Shown in pieces: positions 26,701-34,309 of a stretch of DNA of 50,765 nt. Source of the DNA: a virus (Duplodnaviria; Caudoviricetes); IMG/VR virus record IMGVR_UViG_3300032194_000056, positions 1 through 50,765 of that record; one strand, 5' to 3'. Each line of letters opens with the position of its first letter. The first letter of the stretch is position 1. A program made the translations under genes and the position numbers. A model generated the notes under the pieces. The model did no database searches. It saw nothing but the letters and a program-made list of their open reading frames with translations, and had not been told where the DNA came from.

Positions 26701-27145
26701 TTCCAGAAACGATGTATGGAGCATCCAGTCTGTATCTGGATCCACCGAACTCGAATACCGTACCAGAACCAACCCAGGTCTTGATAACAGACCAGGTGGA
26801 CAGCGACGTGAAGTGTACTCTTCCCATCGCTTCGATGTTAGAGGAATCGGTAATCTGACCCCAATCGTCAGATGCTACCGCTTGTACCTCTGTGATGCTA
26901 CCGTAATCAAACGTGCTGACGACTCCGCCGCCTTCTACAAGATTGATTATCTGGTCATCTTTATAATCTTCGATGACTTTGTTTGCGTGGTCTGCAATAA
27001 CCCAGTAGGGGAGCCCAACCGCACCAAAATCTAATTTAATAAACTCGTTTAGTACCGCCGCTGTATAGCTGTAAGAAATTAACCCCAGTGCCTCAACAGC
27101 ATTGAACTGGGGCATTCTTCCAGATCCAGCGTAGGAGAATACCAT
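20759..27145 (-). CDS. 2128-aa repetitive virion structural protein
   Basis: Long ORF built from about 41/82/246-aa repeats (GSG.LF..SGAAE, NPLER, DYGSVAS.PIDSITIQS). Confidence 0.85.
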   Translation of the reverse strand: MVFSYAGSGRMPQFNAVEALGLISYSYTAAVLNEFIKLDFGAVGLPYWVIADHANKVIEDYKDDQIINLVEGGGVVSTFDYGSITEVQAVASDDWGQITDSSNIEAMGRVHFTSLSTWSVIKTWVGSGTVFEFGGSRYRLDAPYIVSGTLWVAGTANAHYVPAIATEGLLPLRSDTKVAYAPNWNAFGTLFSGSFTGEAVVKVSPEDDKTLFNVYGDAKVNFRPNWVGSGVLFNISTTDITRTFDYVGSGTLFGLSSLDEAVTWDYNNSSIDYFTYEDFGSVAESPIDSITIQSVANQTIESLKDERILDLVNPGSGSGSFLDFGKILTDGSQAPSTVGLDWGEILTNQTDYPFGLFPIFGEADIKFTPNFVGSGGLFAFVSGIGRTKPRWIAYVQIGISGAAKTNFSLLHIGSGSLFNLNNADDSRAYAYDGSGALYAFSGAAEAFGANPPEDTAILPLQGAAGVAFAPNWIAEGTVSTEGTAVERQTDSWNGSGTLFNFETGGEKITYHYSSESNVLFTPLDYGSVASTPIDSITIQSIANETIQSRANERIIDLVVSGSVSGSFFDYGFILEGGQDAPETVTDDYEFITETISRYAMGDLLFNGSASVRRFFSYVGKGDLFAFIEGRGRTKPRWIANVNIEVRGKGEDAVSRTYVGKGNLFNFETAEEKRTFGYEGQGTLSTSGKSSIAFERAPYPGYVLFDVTGNAKVAFVPNFNGSGVVTLDVEHVERTTFSEVGSGVLFDMGNLVERRTYHYSSSSDAIFTPLDYGSVASNPIDSITIQSIANDTIESRKDQRIVDLVTSGSTSGSYFDYGSVTDFAPTVTDDYEFITETVTRYAMGGPQVNGAAHVAFRPVHVGSGVISIDINTIVKVNPRWTANIFIDVTGTARETFAKTFKGSGIIPLPVSTTDARSFAYEGKGELFAINGGEEAFTFDYPKPDHDIVIRGNADVAYVPNWNGSGTATIAGQVVERVAYDQPGTGFLFNFSNAIDRRTYHYNSSSIDLLNRISYGSVASPVIDSWVIADHANKVIEDYKDSFLTDLVESGGGDYFDYGFLELPNVAGLPNLNAPDATEDYQFIRDPELDASRYPFGVLFRHFESEVIIGISLRHIAVNTEPTVKIGGEVFVKLPNKHAGTGGLFTVKGIAATERVSFSPDNLTGLFDFVGFAATRRIPNFNGGGTITLDGTAQSAVAFAGFQENTIKLSGTAAVKYTPTYVGTGAISTLSGAAEAVTASPDDLFGLFDFVGIAGERATAAYAGSGGLFAIGGAAESRTADEEKEGDIILSGIASTRYVPNYNGSGRIASLAGAAESFTANPLEREFLYSISGIATFRSTVALSGFGVLSVSGTTEPEILTFAEQPFGTTAIFGQGSERFVPNYNGSGRIAALSGAAESFTANPLERDMLFSMGGLATQRFTAAPTVEGTEVKVQGDIPAPLLTFAEEASGDIFVSGLAEYVHVDVYGGFGTLFSGGFTSESVTFKIPPTREADILFRGEAVERVAFNPPEETAHIVLTGEGVVPLRTFSEQPFGVIPVSGVAIEKNTEAYVGTGVIFSNGFTGESVSRKLPEFTAHLNLAGLATERAAYREIFFGSLFKFRGSSTEILAFAESRGTLGRISGIAATTRARDFVGDGKIATLSGAAESVTFNPLERDLLFSIEGIATSKYSRTWVGSGQIKVYPEAADIRFVPNWNVEGVIPVSGIADERVARDEIVQVNIGTFSGAAEAVTFNPLERDMLFSIEGRAAYRTTVSEVKLADARIFAEDNNGTTAKVHVGSGTATLSGAGRIVITLSFVGEGRISTLSGAAEAITFNPLERDLLFSATGFASLRSTRSYVGTGNLYAIGGAAESRAVAPPADGLYDITGEAKIVITVSHIGDGNLFSIVAGREAVAYDYVGEQALFTLSGAGEERTTTFEIGEGSIFSIGGAAERVAYVPSLQADVNFSGLAKIVISVSHVGSGVLFGFDSAAESRTITYENVAIFDFLGQVKPRTTKAFAGSGDVIVGGAAADSFTRAPYIGQTEVQVSGTADESITVNPPEEGTEITTVGEAKVLRSFGYEGTGQLKVHGDTIIGISLRIFGTGSIKVRVQSQYTPLLSHIPDVHILLTGAAATVKIDVAPPRTYGWII
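21690..27040 (-). repeat. Nested coding repeats within the 2128-aa gene
   Basis: NPLER motif anchors at 21702, 21948, 22194, 22941 and 23187 (spacings 246, 246, 747, 246 nt). D(Y/F)GSV anchors at 24105, 24831, 25569, 26307 and 27024 (spacings 726, 738, 738, 717 nt). Confidence 0.85.
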
Positions 27146-27161
27146 AGACTACAGCCAAGTT

Positions 27162-27197
27162 AAAAAAATAGGGGGATCGCCAGTGAAGCAATCCCCC
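27162..27197 (-). terminator. Intrinsic terminator
   Basis: Minus strand GGGGGATTGC-ttcactg-GCGATCCCCC followed by TATTTTTTT (10-bp stem with one G-U pair). Confidence 0.85.
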
Positions 27198-27224
27198 CAT
27201 AATGTAAAACTCAATTTCAGAAGA

Positions 27225-28649
27225 TCAGTCGAGGCTGACGTTCAAGGTGACTTTGATTTGGTCACCAGCGTTTTGAATAGCGTATGGACCATTCGTGAAT
27301 CTTTCAGCGAAGAAGATTGCGCTGTAAAGAGTTAGAGATCCAGTGCCGTCTAGCGCAGGAGTCGTGGTGAAGGTGTTTGCATCGATTACATCGAATACGG
27401 TGTAGGTGCTAGCAGTCGTAGTGGTGTTAGCAGTACCTTGATCGATGTAGATGGTGTCGCCCTTGACGAGACCGTGAGCAGTTGCTGTTACCTTGCTGAA
27501 GTCAAATTCAACTTCGTCATTGTTGTTAGAAGGCTGAATGTTGTCGATCAGCGCATTGTTCAGGTAAACAGTGACTTGTCCTTCCAATACTGCACCAGCG
27601 TCATCATAGGTAACGTGATCGATACCAGTGATAACAGTGTTAGCATCGATGCCATTAGGAGCACCACCAACAACACCAGCAGTACCAGTCTGGGAAACTA
27701 CCATACCGACTGCGAGGTCTTCGCCAACTTCAGTCTGGAATGTACCGTTACCAGATACAGCACCAACGTTTGCTTTGTCTAGGTAAACAGTGGTTCCTGC
27801 GATACCAACGATTCTTGCACCAGGAGCAATACCAGTACCAGTGACACGCTGATAAGGAGCGAGACCAGTTGTAGCACCGACAGTGATGTCAAACTCACCA
27901 GAAGTACCAGTAACGGTAGTGGTGTTGGTGATAGCAGCAAGAACAATGTAGTCATTGCCGATAGTACCACGGATTCCAGTCTTGCTGATAGTGGTTCCAG
28001 CAGCAGCGGTTCCAGCGTCGAGTACACCATGGATGCTAGTAGGCATGTTGTTCGCACGAACAAGCATGTAACCATAGACATCACCAGCAGCACCAGTGAA
28101 GGTGAAGGTTTGCTCTGGATAGGAAGCAGTCGTTCTACCAGCGCCGAAGTCTAGGTTTTGGTTGGAGAATGTACCAGTATTCTTGACACTCAAGAGGAGA
28201 GTTAGACCGTCGATATCTACAACGTATGCACCAGTGCCGACAGAACCACCAGTAACATAATCGCCTTTCTTGATACCTGTGTTAGAAGCAACGGTGATTA
28301 GGTACTCACCAGTTGTGCCACTACCAGATACCTGGGTTGCAGCAGTAGAAAGGGTGTTGATTGACCAGGTATTACCATTCAGAAGAATGCCATACTGGTT
28401 GGAATAATCTTGATCAGTTCTGTTATTTTGAACTTGATGATATCCCGTTACAGGTGCAGAACCGTAACCCAACGAGTTGTTGTTGGTGTATGGCTCGTAA
28501 TATCTTGTTTGGGATGGGGTGTCACTCTCCGTAGGAGTAGTGTTTGTGCAGAACAACTTAAGAATTAGATTTCTAGGAATCTCCTGGTTTGCATTCAGCA
28601 GATTACGTAGAGAATCAATTTCACCGTTGTCGGTTACTAGCAGTGCCAT
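27225..28649 (-). CDS. Abundant virion structural protein (putative)
   Basis: 474 aa, Gly/Thr-rich. It has tandem late promoters, a GGAGAG RBS and its own terminator. Confidence 0.75.
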   Translation of the reverse strand: MALLVTDNGEIDSLRNLLNANQEIPRNLILKLFCTNTTPTESDTPSQTRYYEPYTNNNSLGYGSAPVTGYHQVQNNRTDQDYSNQYGILLNGNTWSINTLSTAATQVSGSGTTGEYLITVASNTGIKKGDYVTGGSVGTGAYVVDIDGLTLLLSVKNTGTFSNQNLDFGAGRTTASYPEQTFTFTGAAGDVYGYMLVRANNMPTSIHGVLDAGTAAAGTTISKTGIRGTIGNDYIVLAAITNTTTVTGTSGEFDITVGATTGLAPYQRVTGTGIAPGARIVGIAGTTVYLDKANVGAVSGNGTFQTEVGEDLAVGMVVSQTGTAGVVGGAPNGIDANTVITGIDHVTYDDAGAVLEGQVTVYLNNALIDNIQPSNNNDEVEFDFSKVTATAHGLVKGDTIYIDQGTANTTTTASTYTVFDVIDANTFTTTPALDGTGSLTLYSAIFFAERFTNGPYAIQNAGDQIKVTLNVSLD

Positions 28650-28683
28650 GTAAACTCTCCGTGTTTATCTCTCGGTGTAAATT

Positions 28684-28707
28684 TATTTATATCGAATACT
28701 ATTTATA
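28684..28707 (-). promoter_or_regulatory. Tandem T4-type late promoters
   Basis: TATAAATA at 28684-28691 and 28700-28707. Confidence 0.75.
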
Positions 28708-29422
28708 GTTTCAGTTTTAGTGAGATCATGCATCGTGAAATGTTGATCGAATAGTTCACTTTGAACTGGAAGATGTCTCCCGCATTCACCGTGGTGTTCC
28801 AGGTAGACAGACTATCATCTTTGTTTTTTCTAGCCGTACTACTATTTATGACTCCCAATGTAGGACGTTCAGTACCACATATAGATTGGAAGTTGGGGAA
28901 ATCATCAAAACTACACTTCTCAATGTCAACTTCAATATTGCCTTCGCTATCTGCAAGGATAGTCCAAGACTCAATGATACCAGTGACATCAACTGTCATA
29001 GTTCCTTTTGGACCATTCCCCATGGGGAATGAACCGCTATCTATAACATAGTTAAGTGTTCTGGTTAAGTCTGCGGTAGTAGCATATGCCACTCCAAAGA
29101 ATTGAACACCAGCAGATGGTGGTGTGCTAAAAACAATCTGATCGTTAGAAACAATATAATCAACTCCAGGTGACAGTACACTGTCGCCAATCGAAATCAA
29201 CAATTGCTCCTCGTTCAATGGAGTGTACGGTTCTCCATTGACCACAATACTGAATGTATCTTGGGTTCCATCAAATTGTGATGCCAGTGATTCAATCAGA
29301 AGATTTGAATACTGTACTGACTTCGACGGAATCTGGTAGTTTACGTCAAGTTTATGTTGTGATGGTAATTGCTTACCAACACGATATGCATTATTACCAA
29401 CCCTGACGTTATACTGTGCCAT
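28703..29422 (-). CDS. Virion structural protein (baseplate-associated, putative)
   Basis: 239 aa. The FDGTQDTF...LLISIGDSVLSPGVDY...IVFSTPP domain also recurs in gp7 of this window (ILMTIDGVAQRPG...LTFFEAP). Confidence 0.65.
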   Translation of the reverse strand: MAQYNVRVGNNAYRVGKQLPSQHKLDVNYQIPSKSVQYSNLLIESLASQFDGTQDTFSIVVNGEPYTPLNEEQLLISIGDSVLSPGVDYIVSNDQIVFSTPPSAGVQFFGVAYATTADLTRTLNYVIDSGSFPMGNGPKGTMTVDVTGIIESWTILADSEGNIEVDIEKCSFDDFPNFQSICGTERPTLGVINSSTARKNKDDSLSTWNTTVNAGDIFQFKVNYSINISRCMISLKLKL

Positions 29423-29754
29423 CAGGAAACTCCAGGACTTACTTCTGCATTCCCCATAATGACTCTAGTCTTATATCCATTAGGATCTGTAAGAACAATA
29501 TCGTAGACATATCTTCTACGATCCAATGCCAATGTTTCTGTATCTGTTAACAGAAGAGCAATTTCTCCTGTGGTTCTGTTGACAAAATCTAGAGTAAATG
29601 GAACTGAAGTTGTTGCAGAATAACTTTTCTTCATGGCAGCAGCACCAGTGTACCCCGACATGTTTAGTGGAGTGCCATCTTTGTTGGTGATGAAAAAGGT
29701 GACTGCGAAGTCTGCTCCTTTATCAATCAGTATGTTGACTGGTATCGCTGCCAT
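29422..29754 (-). CDS. Small Ig-like structural protein
   Basis: 110 aa with the pattern IDKGADF...PLNMSGY...GEIALLLT...YVYDIVL...G...VSPGV. Confidence 0.65.
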   Translation of the reverse strand: MAAIPVNILIDKGADFAVTFFITNKDGTPLNMSGYTGAAAMKKSYSATTSVPFTLDFVNRTTGEIALLLTDTETLALDRRRYVYDIVLTDPNGYKTRVIMGNAEVSPGVS

Positions 29755-29911
29755 CGGTGCCCTGTTCTAATAGGTTGAGTGCTTCCAAACCGCCTTCTAG
29801 TTTAGTGCGATATTCACGCATCTTGGCAAGTTCTTCTTCACCTTTTCTGATTTTCAGATCATAATCTGCAAACTGCTTTTCAAATTCAGCTCGCAACTGT
29901 GCATTATCCAT
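29723..29911 (-). CDS. Hypothetical coiled-coil protein
   Basis: 62-aa helical, charged ORF with ATAAATA at 29932-29938 upstream. Confidence 0.65.
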   Translation of the reverse strand: MDNAQLRAEFEKQFADYDLKIRKGEEELAKMREYRTKLEGGLEALNLLEQGTDGSDTSQHTD

Positions 29912-29934
29912 TTGAATATAACAAGTATCTATAT

Positions 29935-32181
29935 TTATGTCAGATCTGGTAACTCCATACGGTGACGACCTATAGCATTATTAGTTCTGGGGTATGTTGG
30001 TCCACTATATACCTGACTGCTAGGTCTCTTCTTATGATGCTTAATTCTCATCTCATAAGGATGAGCGTGCCAGTCTTGAGGATCAAAGTATGCTCTCAAA
30101 TGTGTGGTTCCTGTTAGTTCTGTATATTTAAAACTACCGTTTGCGCCAGTACCAGATGAAATAGAGCAATTGCCAAATGAAATTTCGTTGCTCAAAGATG
30201 CACCAGTTGCGCTGGGAACATTAGACCAGGTAAAATTAGTTCCGCCAGAACTAAATCCACGAGCTTTATTTGCTGCTTTGGACAACAAGATTTCTTTTGT
30301 TTGATCTGGAGTTGGCCAAGCATTGTTATACCAGAAGTATTCCTCCATGACACATGCTGCTTTTCCTACAACAGTGGGTGTAGCACAGCTAGTTCCAGAG
30401 AACATACCCCATTTGTAATTTCCATATGTGAAACTCTGATATGCTGTATAGGTGTCAGCACCTAGTCCAATAATATCAATACCTGGTCCTCTATTTGTGT
30501 ATCCATCTAGTCCAGGATAATCTTCAGAATTATATCCAGCAGCAACATCGATGTTACTTTCTACGCCATGTGGACCGTATGATTTAAATGGATAATAAGT
30601 GGTTGTACTGGATGTGCCTGCAGTATTACTAGCACCCCAAGTGATATTAATTCTGCGATAGTTTGAACCAGCATCAACTTCTATACTTGTATCTGTCTGA
30701 CTGTTCTGTTTATTATATGTTCCACCATTATTACCAGCAGCGTTGATACAAACTATGCCATTATTCCATGCATTATTCAGAGCTGTTTTTAAGGAAGAAT
30801 ATTCAGACTGGTTTGGCATAACTACACACCACTCGGAAGCGGTGGTGTCTGGTGCATATACTTTCCACGGAATAATATTCTCTTTTACAAATTCTGAATA
30901 ATCTGTTCCCCAGCTAGCACCTGGTCTAGTTACTACTGTTCCATCTGCTTTGTTGATTTGGGAAACATAATCAATTGGAATACCATATTTTCTATCTTGT
31001 AGATATTGATATTCTGCAATGAAAATAGTTGGATTAGGAACTCCTGTTTCTGGATTATTTGGTTTGGCATTATGCCAATCAATAGCGGCTTGGATGCATT
31101 CTGTGGGTGTATCTCCATTAGTTAGGTACATCGCATATAGATTTGCTTTCTTTGCAAATCCACAGATAGTTCCGCCAGCAGCACTCAAGACACCAATACC
31201 ATGATTAGAGAATCCGCTATTGCCACTGACTTGGTTATTTGAACTATCCTCTAGATCTGGCCAATCCATTGGAATGAATCTAGATGCTGTTCTTAATGTC
31301 CAGATTACATCTCCAGAATCACTAGTATTATTTTGAACACTACCATCATCCACTGCACTTCCTTGATCAGCATATCTAATCTCGAATGGGTGACCAGGAG
31401 CATTCACACTAAAAGTTACAGTATCTCCTTCTTGAAATAAGAGTGGAGGGTTACTACCACTGATAACTCCATTTCTATCCGATCCACTTAAAGTGTAGAT
31501 ACCAGAACCACCAAAAGTTACGGAAATATTATACGACTGTCTGGTTCTGTCCGCAGGATCAATCGTAATAGTATTCTTCATATTGGGGTGTGCTGTACAC
31601 TGATACCAATAAGCATCTGATCTTTCATGAGAATCATCTTCACTCGGTAGCTTTTCAAAGTCTGGATGAACATCATGCAACCCATAATAAGTGCTCGAAA
31701 TGGGTCCCACTTCTAGAGTTACAATATCAACGTGCTTTCCTGTCCATCTCTGATAAAACCATTCTTCTTTTCCTGTGGACTGTGAATCGTCGTCTTTTCC
31801 TACACTGATTGGTGTTCCACTAACATCAGTTGGCAAGATTTGATTAGCATCATAGATGAATTGCACAGGAGCATTATCTTCTCCATTACCAGACGGATCT
31901 CTATATGCAGAACTGGTACTAGCAGTAAACCATTTTGACATTCCCTCTGGTGAAGGTGCAGTAGATGCTTCAAGTGCTTCTGGAATCTCTGTTGCCTGAA
32001 TAACAGAAGAATGCGAACGAAATGTTTCGATATAATCTTCCTCAACATTCATGACAATTAAGTCGGGCATACTACCCAACATATTCCACCAATCTGCTTC
32101 AGTATCGGCATTGAAGCTATCTACGAATTCTTGCTTGTCAGTTCCCTCTACAAGAATTACATCCAGTAATACCTTCGCCAT
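29935..32181 (-). CDS. Subtilase (peptidase S8) with cupredoxin-like insertion
   Basis: VDIVTLEVG (acid position), NHGIGVLSAAGG (His), AAGNN (oxyanion Asn) and FSGTSCATP (Ser), plus an N-terminal pro-domain-like region. Confidence 0.82.
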   Translation of the reverse strand: MAKVLLDVILVEGTDKQEFVDSFNADTEADWWNMLGSMPDLIVMNVEEDYIETFRSHSSVIQATEIPEALEASTAPSPEGMSKWFTASTSSAYRDPSGNGEDNAPVQFIYDANQILPTDVSGTPISVGKDDDSQSTGKEEWFYQRWTGKHVDIVTLEVGPISSTYYGLHDVHPDFEKLPSEDDSHERSDAYWYQCTAHPNMKNTITIDPADRTRQSYNISVTFGGSGIYTLSGSDRNGVISGSNPPLLFQEGDTVTFSVNAPGHPFEIRYADQGSAVDDGSVQNNTSDSGDVIWTLRTASRFIPMDWPDLEDSSNNQVSGNSGFSNHGIGVLSAAGGTICGFAKKANLYAMYLTNGDTPTECIQAAIDWHNAKPNNPETGVPNPTIFIAEYQYLQDRKYGIPIDYVSQINKADGTVVTRPGASWGTDYSEFVKENIIPWKVYAPDTTASEWCVVMPNQSEYSSLKTALNNAWNNGIVCINAAGNNGGTYNKQNSQTDTSIEVDAGSNYRRINITWGASNTAGTSSTTTYYPFKSYGPHGVESNIDVAAGYNSEDYPGLDGYTNRGPGIDIIGLGADTYTAYQSFTYGNYKWGMFSGTSCATPTVVGKAACVMEEYFWYNNAWPTPDQTKEILLSKAANKARGFSSGGTNFTWSNVPSATGASLSNEISFGNCSISSGTGANGSFKYTELTGTTHLRAYFDPQDWHAHPYEMRIKHHKKRPSSQVYSGPTYPRTNNAIGRHRMELPDLT

Positions 32182-32182
32182 T

Positions 32183-32821
32183 TTATGCCTCTAGTTGAGT
32201 TACCGTTAGTTCCACGTTGATAGATTGTGTAGATCCACTTCTATTTTGAACCTTGAGATACACGTTTGTGCTAGGGGTAGAGTCATCATTGTATCCAATG
32301 ACTGCTGGTGTAAATAATACGGTTTCGTTAGTAGATTGCGTAATTACTTCTGCAATCACACCACTACCAGGTGTGGGATCCATAGTAATAGCACGACTTG
32401 AGTCTGCAGTTCTAGCCGCAGAACTTACATATAAAGAAACCCATGCTGGTTCTGCTACTGTGACTTTATACAACGCATAACCTTTATATGCAGTGATAGT
32501 AATATTCTCTGCCGTATTATCTGCGTGGGCAGCACTAGTAGAAGCATTAAAAGTTTGTCTACTTCCTAGACTGGTGCCTCCACCACCGCCACCGCCGCCT
32601 CCAGCGGAGCTAATTACACCGTTGCTGATAGTAACGGTAGTTCCATCTACTTTGACGCCACCCAATACAGAGGTGCTTGCTGTTGGTAGCACATATGTAT
32701 CAAGAGTTCCACCACTAGATCTCCAACTGGTTCCATTCCAGATCCAGGTTAAACCACCTTCGGTGTGTGTAAATGAACCGTCTGTTAGTTGACCAGCGGT
32801 ATCTGGGAATAAGATTGCCAT
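32183..32821 (-). CDS. Fibre-like structural protein
   Basis: 212 aa. MAILFP...WIWNGTSW start, the LPTASTSVLGGVKVDG head-fibre-like motif and a poly-Gly linker. ATAAATA at 32845-32851 upstream. Confidence 0.65.
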   Translation of the reverse strand: MAILFPDTAGQLTDGSFTHTEGGLTWIWNGTSWRSSGGTLDTYVLPTASTSVLGGVKVDGTTVTISNGVISSAGGGGGGGGGTSLGSRQTFNASTSAAHADNTAENITITAYKGYALYKVTVAEPAWVSLYVSSAARTADSSRAITMDPTPGSGVIAEVITQSTNETVLFTPAVIGYNDDSTPSTNVYLKVQNRSGSTQSINVELTVTQLEA

Positions 32822-32852
32822 TTCTTGAGATCTCTCCGTTTAGTTATTTATT

Positions 32853-34277
32853 TCAAATTTCGGTAACGAACAGCTGACTAGTTTCTGATACAGTTCTAGT
32901 ACCAGCAACATTCAATGTCAAACTTAATTGATATGTAATATTAGTTCCCGAATCTTCCCCGTGAACATCTACAAAATCAAATGCAATAGGGACAATACCA
33001 GTTACAGATGGATCTGGACACTTAATTGTGCAGATATCTGTAGTTACTGCTCCAACAACTCTCTGTAGAATAATAGTGCCATTTGTGTTGTTTGATCCTG
33101 TTACAGATCCTAGGAGAACGCTGATTCTGTTCCTTGTAAATGTAGAGACCTGAACAGTTACATTAAAGACGCCATTAGTGTCTTCAAAGATGGGATCAGA
33201 TGGAGAGTCGGCAGTTAGATTTCCTACATTATTCGCAAATGTACTATTGGGTGCATCAACTTTCAGTGGAGGAGATGCATCAACCCACGCTGCTGGGTTT
33301 GATCCATTGTCATAGTAAACCTTGAGGCGACCAGAATCGCTCTCCCACCACATGTCTCCACTAGCAGCACCTGATGGAGGATTATCACCAACCTCGACGT
33401 TAGCTCCACCACCTTCGCCCCAATACAGTTGACCATTTCCATCTGTGGTCAAAGATTGTCCAGCATTACCATCAGAAGTTACAAACTTGACAACACCGTT
33501 TAATCTGCCGATATTGTCAACAGTGAACGTAGAGTTGCCACCAGACTTTATAGTTAAACCACCAGCAGTTGGTGCGTGGTTGATAATAACTTCACCGTCA
33601 GCATTTGCTCTAACACCATAGTCATTTGATAGAGAGGTGTCGATTGTACCAACTCTTAAATCTGCTTGAGAAACAATATTGTTTCCTGACAGAATGAGGT
33701 TCGTGTTTGCTGCAGTAGATGAGAAGGTAGTTGCTTTGAGTGTAGATACCTGCAGATCTAGTGATGTTTGATTTCCTCTGCCCAGAACGTCATGGATAGT
33801 AGAGGTTTCTGAATAACTAGTTAGATAACCAGCAGCACCATGGTCACCCCACCCATATGCTTCATCCCAGGATGCGTGGTTGTAGTTAAGAGGAGTTAGA
33901 GTCTTGGTAGTCTGACCAAGTGTAAGAGTAATAGAATCTTGAGGACCAAGATTAGTGATGTTCAGGTTATTAACAAATGTCTGCGTTACTCTTGCGTCGA
34001 TAGCAGCATTTGCTCTGGTGTCTGTGTAGTAGAGGTTCGTACCTTCTAGCACAGCTGATGTAGAGAACTCGTTAAATGCTACATCTAACGTTACAGTTCC
34101 TCCAGCATCATCATAAGTCGATGCGATACCCACACCACCTACAATTAGGGCACCTACCCTATCATCTACTCTTTCGTTAAAAGTAGTGTCGATATCATTG
34201 ACATCACCAGCGAGAGCATTGATCTCCTGTCGCTGTTGATCAAGGGTATATGTAATTGGTACGTTTCTTAATGGCAT
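32853..34277 (-). CDS. Fibre protein
   Basis: 474 aa. Fibre motifs EGTNLYYTDTRA, WDEAYGWGDH, DGNAGQSLTTDGNGQLYW and GDMWWESDSGRLKVYY. N-terminus shared with 34310-36184. Confidence 0.7.
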   Translation of the reverse strand: MPLRNVPITYTLDQQRQEINALAGDVNDIDTTFNERVDDRVGALIVGGVGIASTYDDAGGTVTLDVAFNEFSTSAVLEGTNLYYTDTRANAAIDARVTQTFVNNLNITNLGPQDSITLTLGQTTKTLTPLNYNHASWDEAYGWGDHGAAGYLTSYSETSTIHDVLGRGNQTSLDLQVSTLKATTFSSTAANTNLILSGNNIVSQADLRVGTIDTSLSNDYGVRANADGEVIINHAPTAGGLTIKSGGNSTFTVDNIGRLNGVVKFVTSDGNAGQSLTTDGNGQLYWGEGGGANVEVGDNPPSGAASGDMWWESDSGRLKVYYDNGSNPAAWVDASPPLKVDAPNSTFANNVGNLTADSPSDPIFEDTNGVFNVTVQVSTFTRNRISVLLGSVTGSNNTNGTIILQRVVGAVTTDICTIKCPDPSVTGIVPIAFDFVDVHGEDSGTNITYQLSLTLNVAGTRTVSETSQLFVTEI

Positions 34278-34309
34278 GATACCAGACTATTCCTCTATTT
34301 TAGTATTTA

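Noticed and set aside
32579-32605. GC-rich (CCA/CCG)n run as a possible contingency repeat
   Set aside because: It encodes a poly-Gly linker with mixed codons and is not a perfect slippage tract.
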